A stretch of 64,000 bases of DNA from an archaeon (lineage in GTDB: Archaea; Undinarchaeota; Undinarchaeia; Undinarchaeales; JBDRKL01). The stretch is from contig JBDRKL010000012.1 of assembly GCA_043814055.1 (NCBI GenBank), forward strand, positions 89,170 through 153,169, in the 5' to 3' direction. Positions 1 through 8,180 of this stretch are shown one piece after another (position 1 is the first letter of the stretch; each line of letters opens with the position of its first letter). The notes below the pieces were generated by a model. It saw nothing but the letters and a program-made list of their open reading frames with translations. It had not been told where the DNA came from and made no database searches. A program made the position numbers and the translations under genes.

Positions 1-1030
1 CCCGCTGAGCACCCAGGATGATATCGCGGCAGCGCTCGCTGAGGAGGAAAATGTTGAGATTTTCGCGTGGCACGGGCAGAACACTGAGGAGTTTTACTGG
101 AGCATTGAGCAGTGCCTTGAGTTCAAGCCGACCTTGACTTTGGACGATGGGGCTGACTTGATATTCACAGTGCACAACAAGCACCCAGAACTTGCTGACG
201 GGATTATTGGCGGAAGCGAGGAAACAACCACAGGAGTTCACAGGCTTAGGGCGATGTCTGATGCAGGGAAGCTCTTGTATCCGGTTATTGCAGTGAATGA
301 TGCAGAGACCAAATGGGACTTTGATAATGTTTACGGCACAGGGCAGAGCTCGCTTGACGGAATTTTGAGGGCGACTAATGTTCTGCTTGCTGGAAAGACT
401 TTTGTGGTTGCAGGGTACGGGCACTGCGGCAAGGGCTGCGGAATGCGCACAAAGGGAATGGGCTGCAATGTTATTGCAACTGAGGTTGACCCAATACAGG
501 CGCTCAAGGCAACTCTTGAGGGAATTAGGGTGATGAAGATGGATGACGCCGCAAAGGTCGGGGATATTTTCATAACCGCGACCGGAGTCAAGGACATTAT
601 TAGGAGGAATCATTTTGAGGTAATGAAGGACGGTGCGATTGTGTGCAACACCGGGCACTATGACTGCGAGATAAACATTCCTGAGCTGGACTCGCTGGCC
701 AAGAGCAAGAGGACCATAAGAGACAATTGCGAGGAATATACAATGAAAGACGGCAGAAGGATTTATCTGCTTGCACAAGGCAGGCTTGTCAATCTTGCGG
801 CAGCTGAGGGGCACCCAAGCGAAGTTATGGACATGAGCTTTGCGAACCAGTTCAACGCGATGATGCAGCTGGCAAAGGAAGGAAAAACCATGGGCAAAAA
901 GGTCTATGACACTACCAAGGAGCAGGACCAGGAAATAGCCGGAGTGAAGCTAAGCACAATGGGCATTGAAATAGACAAGCTCACAAAGGAACAGGAAGCG
1001 TATCTCACGGATTACAGCATGGGGACATAG
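1..1030 (+). CDS. ahcY: S-adenosyl-L-homocysteine hydrolase, 5'-truncated by window edge
   Basis: Frame is open from nt 2. Translation PLSTQDDIAAALAEEENVEIFAWHGQN...GKTFVVAGYGHCGKGCGMRTKGMGCNVIATEVDPIQALKA carries the NAD-binding Rossmann motif typical of AdoHcyase. Confidence 0.85.
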   Translation, partial: PLSTQDDIAAALAEEENVEIFAWHGQNTEEFYWSIEQCLEFKPTLTLDDGADLIFTVHNKHPELADGIIGGSEETTTGVHRLRAMSDAGKLLYPVIAVNDAETKWDFDNVYGTGQSSLDGILRATNVLLAGKTFVVAGYGHCGKGCGMRTKGMGCNVIATEVDPIQALKATLEGIRVMKMDDAAKVGDIFITATGVKDIIRRNHFEVMKDGAIVCNTGHYDCEINIPELDSLAKSKRTIRDNCEEYTMKDGRRIYLLAQGRLVNLAAAEGHPSEVMDMSFANQFNAMMQLAKEGKTMGKKVYDTTKEQDQEIAGVKLSTMGIEIDKLTKEQEAYLTDYSMGT

Positions 1031-1253
1031 AAAAGGTTCATAGGATGAGATAACCCCTTTATAAAGAGAACCCTTTATATACCCCCTTACTTATATAGTA
1101 CTTCCCCGCGATGGAGGGGGCTAAATTTTAGTCATGAGGTGGTAATTGAATGGCACCCAGCCCCTGAAGTTGGGGACTGGGTGTATTTCGAAGCGGCGGA
1201 AGTCGCTTCAAAAAAAAGAGGGAGGGAAATGCGGCATTTAATGCCGCTTCGAA

Positions 1254-1895
1254 ATGGCAAAAAAAACAACAAAAAAAAGTACAACAAAACCTGTTAAAAA
1301 ACAGGTTATTAAGAAATCTAAGACAACAAAACCTGTTAAAAGACAATTTATTAAGAAACCCAAGGTTAAGATTGAGAACGTGGTTGCGTCCGCTTCTGTG
1401 GATGCCGAAATAGACTTGGACAAAATTGCTGCAACGCTTCCGAATGCTGAGTATGAGCCGGAGCAGTTCCCAGGGCTTGTCCTAAGACTTACTGACCCCA
1501 AAGCCGCAATACTGGTCTTTTCCTCAGGAAAGATGGTCTGCACAGGCGCAAAAGAAGTAGCTATGATTAAGGTGGCAATAGACAAGACCATCAAGCAGAT
1601 AAAGACAACCGGAACCAAGGTTAGGGGGGAGGCAACCATAACTGTGCAGAATATTGTGGCAAGCTCTGACCTAGGCGTAGAGCTCAACCTGGACAAGATT
1701 GCTTTCTCGCTTCAGAACGCTGAGTTTGAGCCAGAGCAGTTTCCCGGGCTCGTGTTCCGCGTGTTTGACCCTAAAGTGGTGTTCCTGCTGTTCAGGTCTG
1801 GGAAGATAGTGTGCACTGGCGCAAAGAAGAAGATTGATGTTGAGCGCGGAGTCGCAAAGCTGATACAAGAACTCAAAAAGATAAAGGCGCTTTGA
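1254..1895 (+). CDS. tbp: TATA-box binding protein with lysine-rich N-terminal extension
   Basis: Two TBP direct repeats (IENVVASASVD...GKMVCTGAKE and VQNIVASSDLG...GKIVCTGAKK). The first ~40 aa are K-rich (TTKPVKKQVIKKSK/TTKPVKRQFIKKPK). Confidence 0.9.
   Translation: MAKKTTKKSTTKPVKKQVIKKSKTTKPVKRQFIKKPKVKIENVVASASVDAEIDLDKIAATLPNAEYEPEQFPGLVLRLTDPKAAILVFSSGKMVCTGAKEVAMIKVAIDKTIKQIKTTGTKVRGEATITVQNIVASSDLGVELNLDKIAFSLQNAEFEPEQFPGLVFRVFDPKVVFLLFRSGKIVCTGAKKKIDVERGVAKLIQELKKIKAL
1281..1364 (+). repeat. 42-bp x2 tandem duplication inside the TBP 5' coding region, encoding the K-rich tail
   Basis: acaacaaaacctgttaaaaaacaggttattaagaaatctaag followed directly by acaacaaaacctgttaaaagacaatttattaagaaacccaag. 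Confidence 0.8.
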
Positions 1896-1917
1896 ATCAT
1901 TTCATAATGGGGAGAAT

Positions 1918-3954
1918 ATGGAGAGAGATCCAATAGAACGATTTGAGGAATTTTTCCGAGAGAAATACTACGACGACCTACTGAAGGTTGCGCGTGAATA
2001 CCCTGACAAGAAATCTCTTGTCGTGGACTACGCGGAGCTGGACAAGCACGATGTTGAGCTGGCTGATCTGCTTCTCAAGGACCCAGAGGAGACCTTCAAG
2101 ATTGCCAAGGACGCCCTGATGGAGATTGACCTCCCTATTGAGGGAATCTACAGTATAAATGTGCGCTTCAAGAACTTGCCGAGCTCCCAGAACATAAATA
2201 TCCGCGACGTCAGGTCAGAGCACATAGACCACCTCATAACGCTTGAAGGGCTTGTGAAGAGTGCGGCGGACGTGAGGCCTGAGGCGATTAGGGTTGTGTA
2301 TGAATGCCCAGACTGCAAGAAGGAAATTGTTGTGGCACAGGGCGGGAAGAAGCTCAAGACCCCGTTTATGTGTGATGACCCGCAATGCGCCAGGAAAGGG
2401 CGGTTCAAACTGCTCAGGGCAGATTTGATTGACACGCAGAGCATAAAGATACAGGAGCCCCCTGAGACGATTATCGGCGGGGAGCAGCCATCACAGCTTT
2501 ACTCACAGCTCAGTGAGGATTTGGTTTCACCTTTTGAGAGGAAGAAGTCGCTGCCTGGAAACAGGGTCAAAATAACCGGAATTCTCAGGAAGAGGGCAAC
2601 GCACACGACTGCCGGCGCGCCCACCACAAGATTTGACTTGTATCTTGAAGCAAACCACATTGAGACTATTGAGCGCGAGTTTTCAGAGATAGAGCTGAGC
2701 AACAAGGATATTGAGGATATAAAGAAATTGTCAAAGGACAAGAAGCTTTACAAGAAGTTTGTTGATTCGCTTGCACCTTCCATCCAGGGTTATGAGGATG
2801 TGAAGGAGGCCATATTGCTGCAATTGTTCGGCGGGGTTCCTAAGATTCAGCCGGACGGAACCAGAATTAGGGAAAATATTCACTTGTTCCTTGTTGGTGA
2901 CCCAGCTGTTGGTAAGTCACAGCTGCTAAGGTATGTTGCTGAGTTGTCGCCAAAGGGCAGGTTTGTCTCTGGGCGAAAAGCGTCAGGGGTTGGTTTGACA
3001 GCAGCGGTTGTGCGCGATGAATTTGCCGGCGGCTGGACCCTTGAAGCAGGCGCGCTTATCCTTGCAAACAATGGAGTGGCTGCTGTTGACGAGTTTGACA
3101 AGATGGATGACGACGACAGGAGCGCTATGCTGGAAGCCATGGAGCAGGGGACGATTTCCATTGCCAAGGCAGGGATTGTAACAACGCTCAGGGCGAACAC
3201 AACTGTGCTTGCTGCAGCGAATCCAAAGTATGGAAGGTTTGACTTGTACAGGCCGCTACCTGACCAGATTGACTTGTCTCCGGTTATACTGAGCAGGTTT
3301 GACGTAAAGTTTCTGATACAGGACACGCCAGGCAGGGAAGCGGACGAGAAACTCGCTGATCACATTCTTAATTCGTTTATTTCTCCAAAAACTGTTGAGC
3401 CCGTGATAAAGGGGGAGTTCATCAGGAAGTATGTTGCTTACGCAAAGACACATTGCAAGCCAAAGATGACAAGGGAAGCACAAAAAATCATAAAGGACTT
3501 CTATGTGACTTGGAGGGGAAAACACGGCGGCGGGGACAGCGGGGACAACAAAGTTGCGCTTACTCCGAGGCAACTGGAAGCGCTTGTGCGAATGTCAGAA
3601 GCATCTGCCAAGGTGCGGCTTGCTGATAAGGTTACTGTTGAGGATGCGAGGCGCGGCACAAGGTTGCTTGAGTTCTCGCTGAGGCAGCTTGGCACTGAGC
3701 CTGAGACAGGGCAGATTGACATTGACAGGATAGAGGCGGGCACTAGTTCAATGCAGAGAAGCAAGATTTACACCATGCTCACAATTATTGAGGAGATTAC
3801 AAAGGACGTTGGCAAGAATGTTCCGGTTGAGGATATCCTGAAAGAGGCAAAAGACCGCGGCATAGAGGAGCTCGCGGCGCTTGAGCTTATTGGAAAATTA
3901 AAGGAGAAAGGTGATTTGTTTGAGCCAAAACCGGGCTACCTCCAAAAAGCGTAA
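1918..3954 (+). CDS. mcm: MCM replicative helicase
   Basis: Zn-finger region CPDCKKE..CDDPQC, Walker A GDPAVGKSQLL, arginine finger SRFD, and a C-terminal winged-helix tail KGDLFEPKPGYLQKA. Confidence 0.9.
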   Translation: MERDPIERFEEFFREKYYDDLLKVAREYPDKKSLVVDYAELDKHDVELADLLLKDPEETFKIAKDALMEIDLPIEGIYSINVRFKNLPSSQNINIRDVRSEHIDHLITLEGLVKSAADVRPEAIRVVYECPDCKKEIVVAQGGKKLKTPFMCDDPQCARKGRFKLLRADLIDTQSIKIQEPPETIIGGEQPSQLYSQLSEDLVSPFERKKSLPGNRVKITGILRKRATHTTAGAPTTRFDLYLEANHIETIEREFSEIELSNKDIEDIKKLSKDKKLYKKFVDSLAPSIQGYEDVKEAILLQLFGGVPKIQPDGTRIRENIHLFLVGDPAVGKSQLLRYVAELSPKGRFVSGRKASGVGLTAAVVRDEFAGGWTLEAGALILANNGVAAVDEFDKMDDDDRSAMLEAMEQGTISIAKAGIVTTLRANTTVLAAANPKYGRFDLYRPLPDQIDLSPVILSRFDVKFLIQDTPGREADEKLADHILNSFISPKTVEPVIKGEFIRKYVAYAKTHCKPKMTREAQKIIKDFYVTWRGKHGGGDSGDNKVALTPRQLEALVRMSEASAKVRLADKVTVEDARRGTRLLEFSLRQLGTEPETGQIDIDRIEAGTSSMQRSKIYTMLTIIEEITKDVGKNVPVEDILKEAKDRGIEELAALELIGKLKEKGDLFEPKPGYLQKA

Positions 3955-3956
3955 GA

Positions 3957-4023
3957 TAGGGGCTTCGCGAACTAAAGTGAGCGAACGCCCCAGCTCTACC
4001 TCCGCGAGCAGGCGGAGTGATTG
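3957..4023. repeat. Copy 1 of a ~70-nt structured intergenic repeat (GGCTTCGCGAACTAAAGTGAGCGAACGCC...CTCCGCGAGCAGGCGGAG)
   Basis: Contains the palindrome TTCGCGAA and the hairpin CTCCGC/GCGGAG. Two related copies lie at 43916-44085. Confidence 0.6.
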
Positions 4024-4033
4024 GAAATTAGGA

Positions 4034-4846
4034 ATGTTCTTTTCCGAGCTTTCACTGTTTCTGGGCGCGCAGATTTTGGGAGTTTATGTTGGATTTTCGC
4101 TCATAAACATGGGTTACACCTATGTGCAGGACACGGGCGCTTCGGTCTCAAGCTTTTTGATTTCCTTCACAATCGCAACATTGGTGCTTGTGTTAATGCT
4201 TAAGTTCCTGAAGAGCCACTTGTTCTTCAAGGGGCTTCTCGCGTTCCTGATATTCGTCGGCGCTGAAACCGTGTTCGCGGTTTTCATCTGGGAAGGCGCA
4301 GCGCTTTTGCTTGCCATAGCGCTTGTTGTTTTAAGATTTAAGCTGCCCAACGTGTTTATGCAAAACTTGGTGATGGTTATAGCCATAGCCGGGATTGGCG
4401 CGAACTTGGGGACGCTGTTCTCAGTTCCAGCTGTTTTGATAATACTCGCTGTTCTTTGCATCTATGACGTTGTTGCAGTGTACAAGACCAAGCACATGGT
4501 AAGCTTGTTTAAGGGAATGGTCAGTAAGGGCGTTCCATTTTCATTAATAGTGCCGGAGAGCATTGGGGATGTTAGGATTAATGTCAAGGATGCCGTGCCG
4601 GGAGAGGGGCGGTTTTTAATGCTTGGGACTGGAGATGTCGCGTTCCCTGTGATATTTGCTGTGGCTGCGCTACAGGTTGGGTTGATGAGTTCAGTGGCAG
4701 TTGTGGCAGGAGCTCTTGTCGGGCTTCTCACGATTCATTTGCTCCTTGTGAGCAAGAAGACCGGAGCAATTCCAGCTCTTCCGCCGATAACATTTTTCTC
4801 AGTAATTTTCTTCCTGATTTCGCTGTATTTTAATGGAGGGCTCTGA
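4034..4846 (+). CDS. Presenilin / signal-peptide-peptidase family intramembrane aspartyl protease (A22)
   Basis: Multi-TM protein with the YD motif (CIYDVVAVY), GxGD motif (LGTGDVAFP) and PAL motif (AIPALPP). I chose the ATG at 4034 because the 3911 start would overlap MCM and the repeat. Confidence 0.7.
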   Translation: MFFSELSLFLGAQILGVYVGFSLINMGYTYVQDTGASVSSFLISFTIATLVLVLMLKFLKSHLFFKGLLAFLIFVGAETVFAVFIWEGAALLLAIALVVLRFKLPNVFMQNLVMVIAIAGIGANLGTLFSVPAVLIILAVLCIYDVVAVYKTKHMVSLFKGMVSKGVPFSLIVPESIGDVRINVKDAVPGEGRFLMLGTGDVAFPVIFAVAALQVGLMSSVAVVAGALVGLLTIHLLLVSKKTGAIPALPPITFFSVIFFLISLYFNGGL

Positions 4847-5454
4847 TGGAGCTCGCAACGAAAATTCACATTAAGGATATACTTGACGGAAAATTCACTC
4901 CAGGGCAAGGCTACGAGTCTGGCACGCTGAAGACAACTGACGGGAAGGAAATCAAGAAAATTCATATTCTGGCCACTATTGTTGAAAAGTTCGTTGCGGA
5001 AGACAAGGGATTCGCGAGCATCACGCTGGACGACGCCACTGAGACAATAAAAGTCAAGGTATTCAAGGAGCACGTGGCGAAGATTGAGCCCCGGAAGGTT
5101 GGGGATATTATTGACGTGATGGGTGTGCTAAGAGAATATGAGGGCGAGGTTTATGTAATGCCGGATTTTATTAAGATTATTGATGACCCTAATTGGGAGA
5201 TATTGCGAAACTTGGAGCTTGATAAAAGGACTTTGCAGAAAGCAAATGAAAACACAGCGCTGGGAGCAGCCAGAGTGGAGATTGACCTTGGGCCGATAAT
5301 ACTTGAGAAAGTTGGAGCAGGTAGAATAGCAATTAAAGAATTGATAAATGATTTAAAGGAGCACGAAGAAGAGAATGTTCTTGGCAAGGTGCGAGAGCTG
5401 ATGATGAAGGGCGATTTGTACGAGCCAAAACCAGGAGTGATAAAAGCAGTATGA
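4846..5454 (+). CDS. RPA32-like ssDNA-binding protein (OB fold plus C-terminal winged helix)
   Basis: OB-fold-like segment ITLDDATETIKVKVF...VMGVLREYEGEVYV. The C-terminus KGDLYEPKPGVIKAV closely resembles the MCM C-terminal tail. Confidence 0.5.
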   Translation: MELATKIHIKDILDGKFTPGQGYESGTLKTTDGKEIKKIHILATIVEKFVAEDKGFASITLDDATETIKVKVFKEHVAKIEPRKVGDIIDVMGVLREYEGEVYVMPDFIKIIDDPNWEILRNLELDKRTLQKANENTALGAARVEIDLGPIILEKVGAGRIAIKELINDLKEHEEENVLGKVRELMMKGDLYEPKPGVIKAV

Positions 5455-5852
5455 GCTACGAAGACCTTTTAAAAAGAGCGAGGGAGAATTTGCCGGAACA
5501 GACCGCAGAAGATAACCGATTTGAGGCGCCGACGTTTCAGAGCTTTAACCAAGGTTCTCAAACCATCATCAAGAACTTCACTGAGGTTGCAGGAACGCTT
5601 GAGCGGGATGTTGCCCATTTAATGAAATTCATACTAGGAGAGTCAGGAGCTGCTGGCGATTTGGACGGGCACAGGCTGATACTGAAAGGCAGGAAGACCC
5701 AGGATTTTCTCAACCAAAAACTTGAGGTTTATATTAACAGGTTCTTGATTTGTGACCAGTGCGGAAAGCCGGACACTGAGCTGAGGAAAGAAGAGGGTGT
5801 TTTGAGAATTAAGTGCAAAGCGTGTGGGGCGAAATACACACCTAAAAGATGA
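5451..5852 (+). CDS. Translation initiation factor 2 beta subunit (aIF2-beta)
   Basis: C4 zinc ribbon CDQCGKPDTEL...CKACGA at the C-terminus. Size and the N-terminal helix region fit eIF2-beta. Confidence 0.8.
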   Translation: MSYEDLLKRARENLPEQTAEDNRFEAPTFQSFNQGSQTIIKNFTEVAGTLERDVAHLMKFILGESGAAGDLDGHRLILKGRKTQDFLNQKLEVYINRFLICDQCGKPDTELRKEEGVLRIKCKACGAKYTPKR

Positions 5853-6151
5853 TTAGCATAAAAGAAACTGAAACCACAGATGGAAAAGTTCTCGCCGCTT
5901 GCGACGAGGAATTGCTTGGGAAGAATTTTAAAGAGACCGGAAGGACTTTAGAGGTTAGAGAAAGTTTCTACGGCGGCAAGATTGTAACGATTGAGGAGTT
6001 TTCTGACAAATTACAAGCCTGCACGATTGCTAATTTGGTTGGGGATATTGTTGTTGGGAAAGCACTGGAGCTCGGACTGGTTGCTGAAAGCTCAGTTATT
6101 AGAATTCAAAATGTGCCGCACGCTCAGATATTATTCTTTAAAACAGCATAG
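5849..6151 (+). CDS. Conserved small archaeal protein of unknown function (possibly DUF424-like), translationally coupled to aIF2-beta
   Basis: ATGA overlap with the upstream gene. No recognisable catalytic motif. Confidence 0.4.
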   Translation: MISIKETETTDGKVLAACDEELLGKNFKETGRTLEVRESFYGGKIVTIEEFSDKLQACTIANLVGDIVVGKALELGLVAESSVIRIQNVPHAQILFFKTA

Positions 6152-6386
6152 TTTCCAGGTCAGCGCTGGCTATGTCAATTATTATTGGCTCTTTTCCATC
6201 CGCGCGCCTTATCACGGTCATTGGGATTGCGCGGTCCTTGAACTCCAGGACTGCAACCTCGGTTGGAGAACCCTTGAGCTCATCAGGAACATTCACGAGC
6301 ACAGGTGCGCCCATTGAAATCTGCAAAGAGCGGGCTCCAATGATGCGTGCGCGCTCAAAACGTGTAAGTTTGTTTGTAGGATACAT
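6138..6386 (-). CDS. rpoK: DNA-directed RNA polymerase subunit K (Rpb6/omega homolog)
   Basis: [25 protein letters not shown] matches the RpoK signature. The start at MYPTNK is an internal ATG of the longer listed ORF. Confidence 0.85.
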   Translation of the reverse strand: MYPTNKLTRFERARIIGARSLQISMGAPVLVNVPDELKGSPTEVAVLEFKDRAIPMTVIRRADGKEPIIIDIASADLETMLF

Positions 6387-6455
6387 AAGCGAAATGATAT
6401 CTATTGAAAGGTATTTAAAGGTTAGTATGAGACACACATTGGAGAAAGTTGTTAC

Positions 6456-7109
6456 GTGTGTTCATCAACATCGGAGGCGATGTTGATGGAGCCGAAGAAA
6501 GAAGAGCTGGAACAACTCAAAGCCACAGGACTTGAGTACGTAGCGAAAGGGTGGCGCTCAAGCGTGTATAAAGCGCAAATGGGCAAGAAGGTTGCTGCGC
6601 TAAAGGTTTGCGAGGCTGGGACGGCTGTGAAGGAGGCCGAGATGCTCAGAGAAGCGAACAAAGTGGGCGTGGGGCCGGAGTTATATGGCAGTGCAGAGCA
6701 CATTGTTGCGATGGAGTTTATTGACGGGGTTCGCTATGCGGACTGGGTTGAAACCGCTGAGCCAGTTGATGTTAAAAAAGTTGTTTTGAAAATACTTGAG
6801 CAGTGCAGGGCGCTTGACAAAGCCGGGATTGTGCACGGCCAGCTCTCCACTGCGGAGAAGCATATTATTGTGAGGGGGAATATTCCGTATATTATTGATT
6901 TTGAAAAGGGCTCCGCAGAGGGGAATGCGCGCAATTTTACAGCTGTTTTGAACTTTATTTTGCTTAATCCGAACGGGTATGCGGCAAAGACAACAGTAGA
7001 AAAGCTTAATATAGACGCCAACGAAGTAAAGCGCTATGCCAGGGAATACTCAGAACACGGGGAAGAAGCCTACGCCAAAACCAGGCGGTGGATACAGACC
7101 GGGATTTAG
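6456..7109 (+). CDS. Atypical serine/threonine kinase, compact RIO-type or Bud32-like
   Basis: Nucleotide-binding loop GWRSSVYKA, catalytic loop [12 protein letters not shown], and metal-binding IIDFEKG. Its neighbours aIF1A and the KH/Dim2 protein favour a RIO1-like assignment. Confidence 0.6.
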   Translation: MCSSTSEAMLMEPKKEELEQLKATGLEYVAKGWRSSVYKAQMGKKVAALKVCEAGTAVKEAEMLREANKVGVGPELYGSAEHIVAMEFIDGVRYADWVETAEPVDVKKVVLKILEQCRALDKAGIVHGQLSTAEKHIIVRGNIPYIIDFEKGSAEGNARNFTAVLNFILLNPNGYAAKTTVEKLNIDANEVKRYAREYSEHGEEAYAKTRRWIQTGI

Positions 7110-7440
7110 GCCAGGATACCGCCCAGGTTTTAATAGGAACCAGGACGGAGATGGCTTTGTCCGCGTTCGCATGCCCAAGGAGCAATTTAGAGAGGTTTTG
7201 GGCACGGTTGAAGAGAACTATGGCAGCAAACTATTGATAAAGTGCAAGGATGGGCACGATAGGATTTGCAGAATTCCCGGCAAGATACGCTACAAGCTAA
7301 GGCTCAAGATTGGGGACATAGTACTTGTCAAGAAGTGGACAGTGCAGGAGAATGAGAAAGGCGATTACCTTTATCGGTACACTCCGGCACAAATTGCAAA
7401 GCTCAAGACGATGGGCATTTTGAAGGATGAGGATATGTGA
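7036..7440 (+). CDS. eif1a: Translation initiation factor 1A (aIF-1A) with a G/R/P-rich N-terminal extension
   Basis: S1/OB core FVRVRMPKEQ...KIRYKLRLKIGDIVLV. The only in-frame start upstream of the VRVRMP motif is the ATG at 7036, which overlaps the kinase gene by 74 nt. Confidence 0.7.
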   Translation: MPGNTQNTGKKPTPKPGGGYRPGFRPGYRPGFNRNQDGDGFVRVRMPKEQFREVLGTVEENYGSKLLIKCKDGHDRICRIPGKIRYKLRLKIGDIVLVKKWTVQENEKGDYLYRYTPAQIAKLKTMGILKDEDM

Positions 7441-7562
7441 AAGGGCGGAGCGTGGCGATTTTGGTTTTTAGAGCTGTGTGTTTTGAAGACTAAATCAATA
7501 TGCTGCGACGCAGTTACCTTTATATACCAAGAGAGATAAATAGCATATAGTCCTTCTGGATA

Positions 7563-8105
7563 GTGGTTAAAGTGGCAGAATACGTTAAAATACCAGCAGA
7601 GCGCATTGAGGTTTTGCTGGCAAACAAAGAGAAGATAAAGAGAGAGATTGAGAAGGGCACGAATACAGAACTTGAGATAGACGAAGAGGCCTGCGACGTA
7701 GAAATTATTGAAACCGAGAGAATGGAAGACCCCTTAGCTGTCTGGAAGGCGCGGGATATTGTAAAGGCAATTGGCCGCGGATTTGAGCCAGAGATTGCGA
7801 TGATGCTGCTGGACGAGAACAATGTGCTTAAGGTTATAGACCTGAAAGCGTTTGTTGGAAAAAGTAAGAATGCGGCGATAAGAATAAAGGGCCGCGTGAT
7901 TGGTCGCGAAGGAAAGTCCAAGAAGAAGATAAGCGAAATAACCGACACGGAAATGGTCGTATACAGCAAGACAGTGGCGATAATTGGAAAAATGGAGTAC
8001 GTTGAAATTGCCGCAAGGGCCGTAGACATGCTTGCGTCAGGCTCAATGCACGGCTCAGCATTCAAGATGGTTGAGGAAGAAATGGCAAAAGCGGTGACAA
8101 AGTAA
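7563..8105 (+). CDS. KH-domain pre-rRNA processing protein (Dim2/Pno1 homolog)
   Basis: Two KH modules with the GxxG loop (IGREGKSKKKI). GTG start. Confidence 0.7.
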   Translation: MVKVAEYVKIPAERIEVLLANKEKIKREIEKGTNTELEIDEEACDVEIIETERMEDPLAVWKARDIVKAIGRGFEPEIAMMLLDENNVLKVIDLKAFVGKSKNAAIRIKGRVIGREGKSKKKISEITDTEMVVYSKTVAIIGKMEYVEIAARAVDMLASGSMHGSAFKMVEEEMAKAVTK

Positions 8106-8180
8106 GATGAGACACAAAGCAAAAAATTTGTTAAGCAACTTCATTGTGTTCAAAGCAGGTAAAGGGGGTGAAACTTTGAA

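Noticed and set aside
1130-1180. Possible C/D-box sRNA upstream of tbp (AUGAGG ... CUGA)
   Set aside because: The C-box candidate AUGAGG does not match RUGAUGA, and no C'/D' boxes or guide region are evident.
3911-4033. Longer start (3911) for the presenilin-family gene and 43948 start for the HD/YjeF_N gene
   Set aside because: The extensions would overlap the MCM 3' end or read through the structured repeat and tRNA-derived segments, and they encode low-complexity basic peptides. Internal ATGs (4034, 44107) give sensible N-termini.
6456-7109. Calling the small kinase Bud32 (Kae1 partner)
   Set aside because: Its size fits Bud32, but there is no adjacent Kae1 and the neighbourhood (aIF1A, KH/Dim2) is the classic RIO-kinase context. 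I left it as RIO/Bud32-type atypical kinase.
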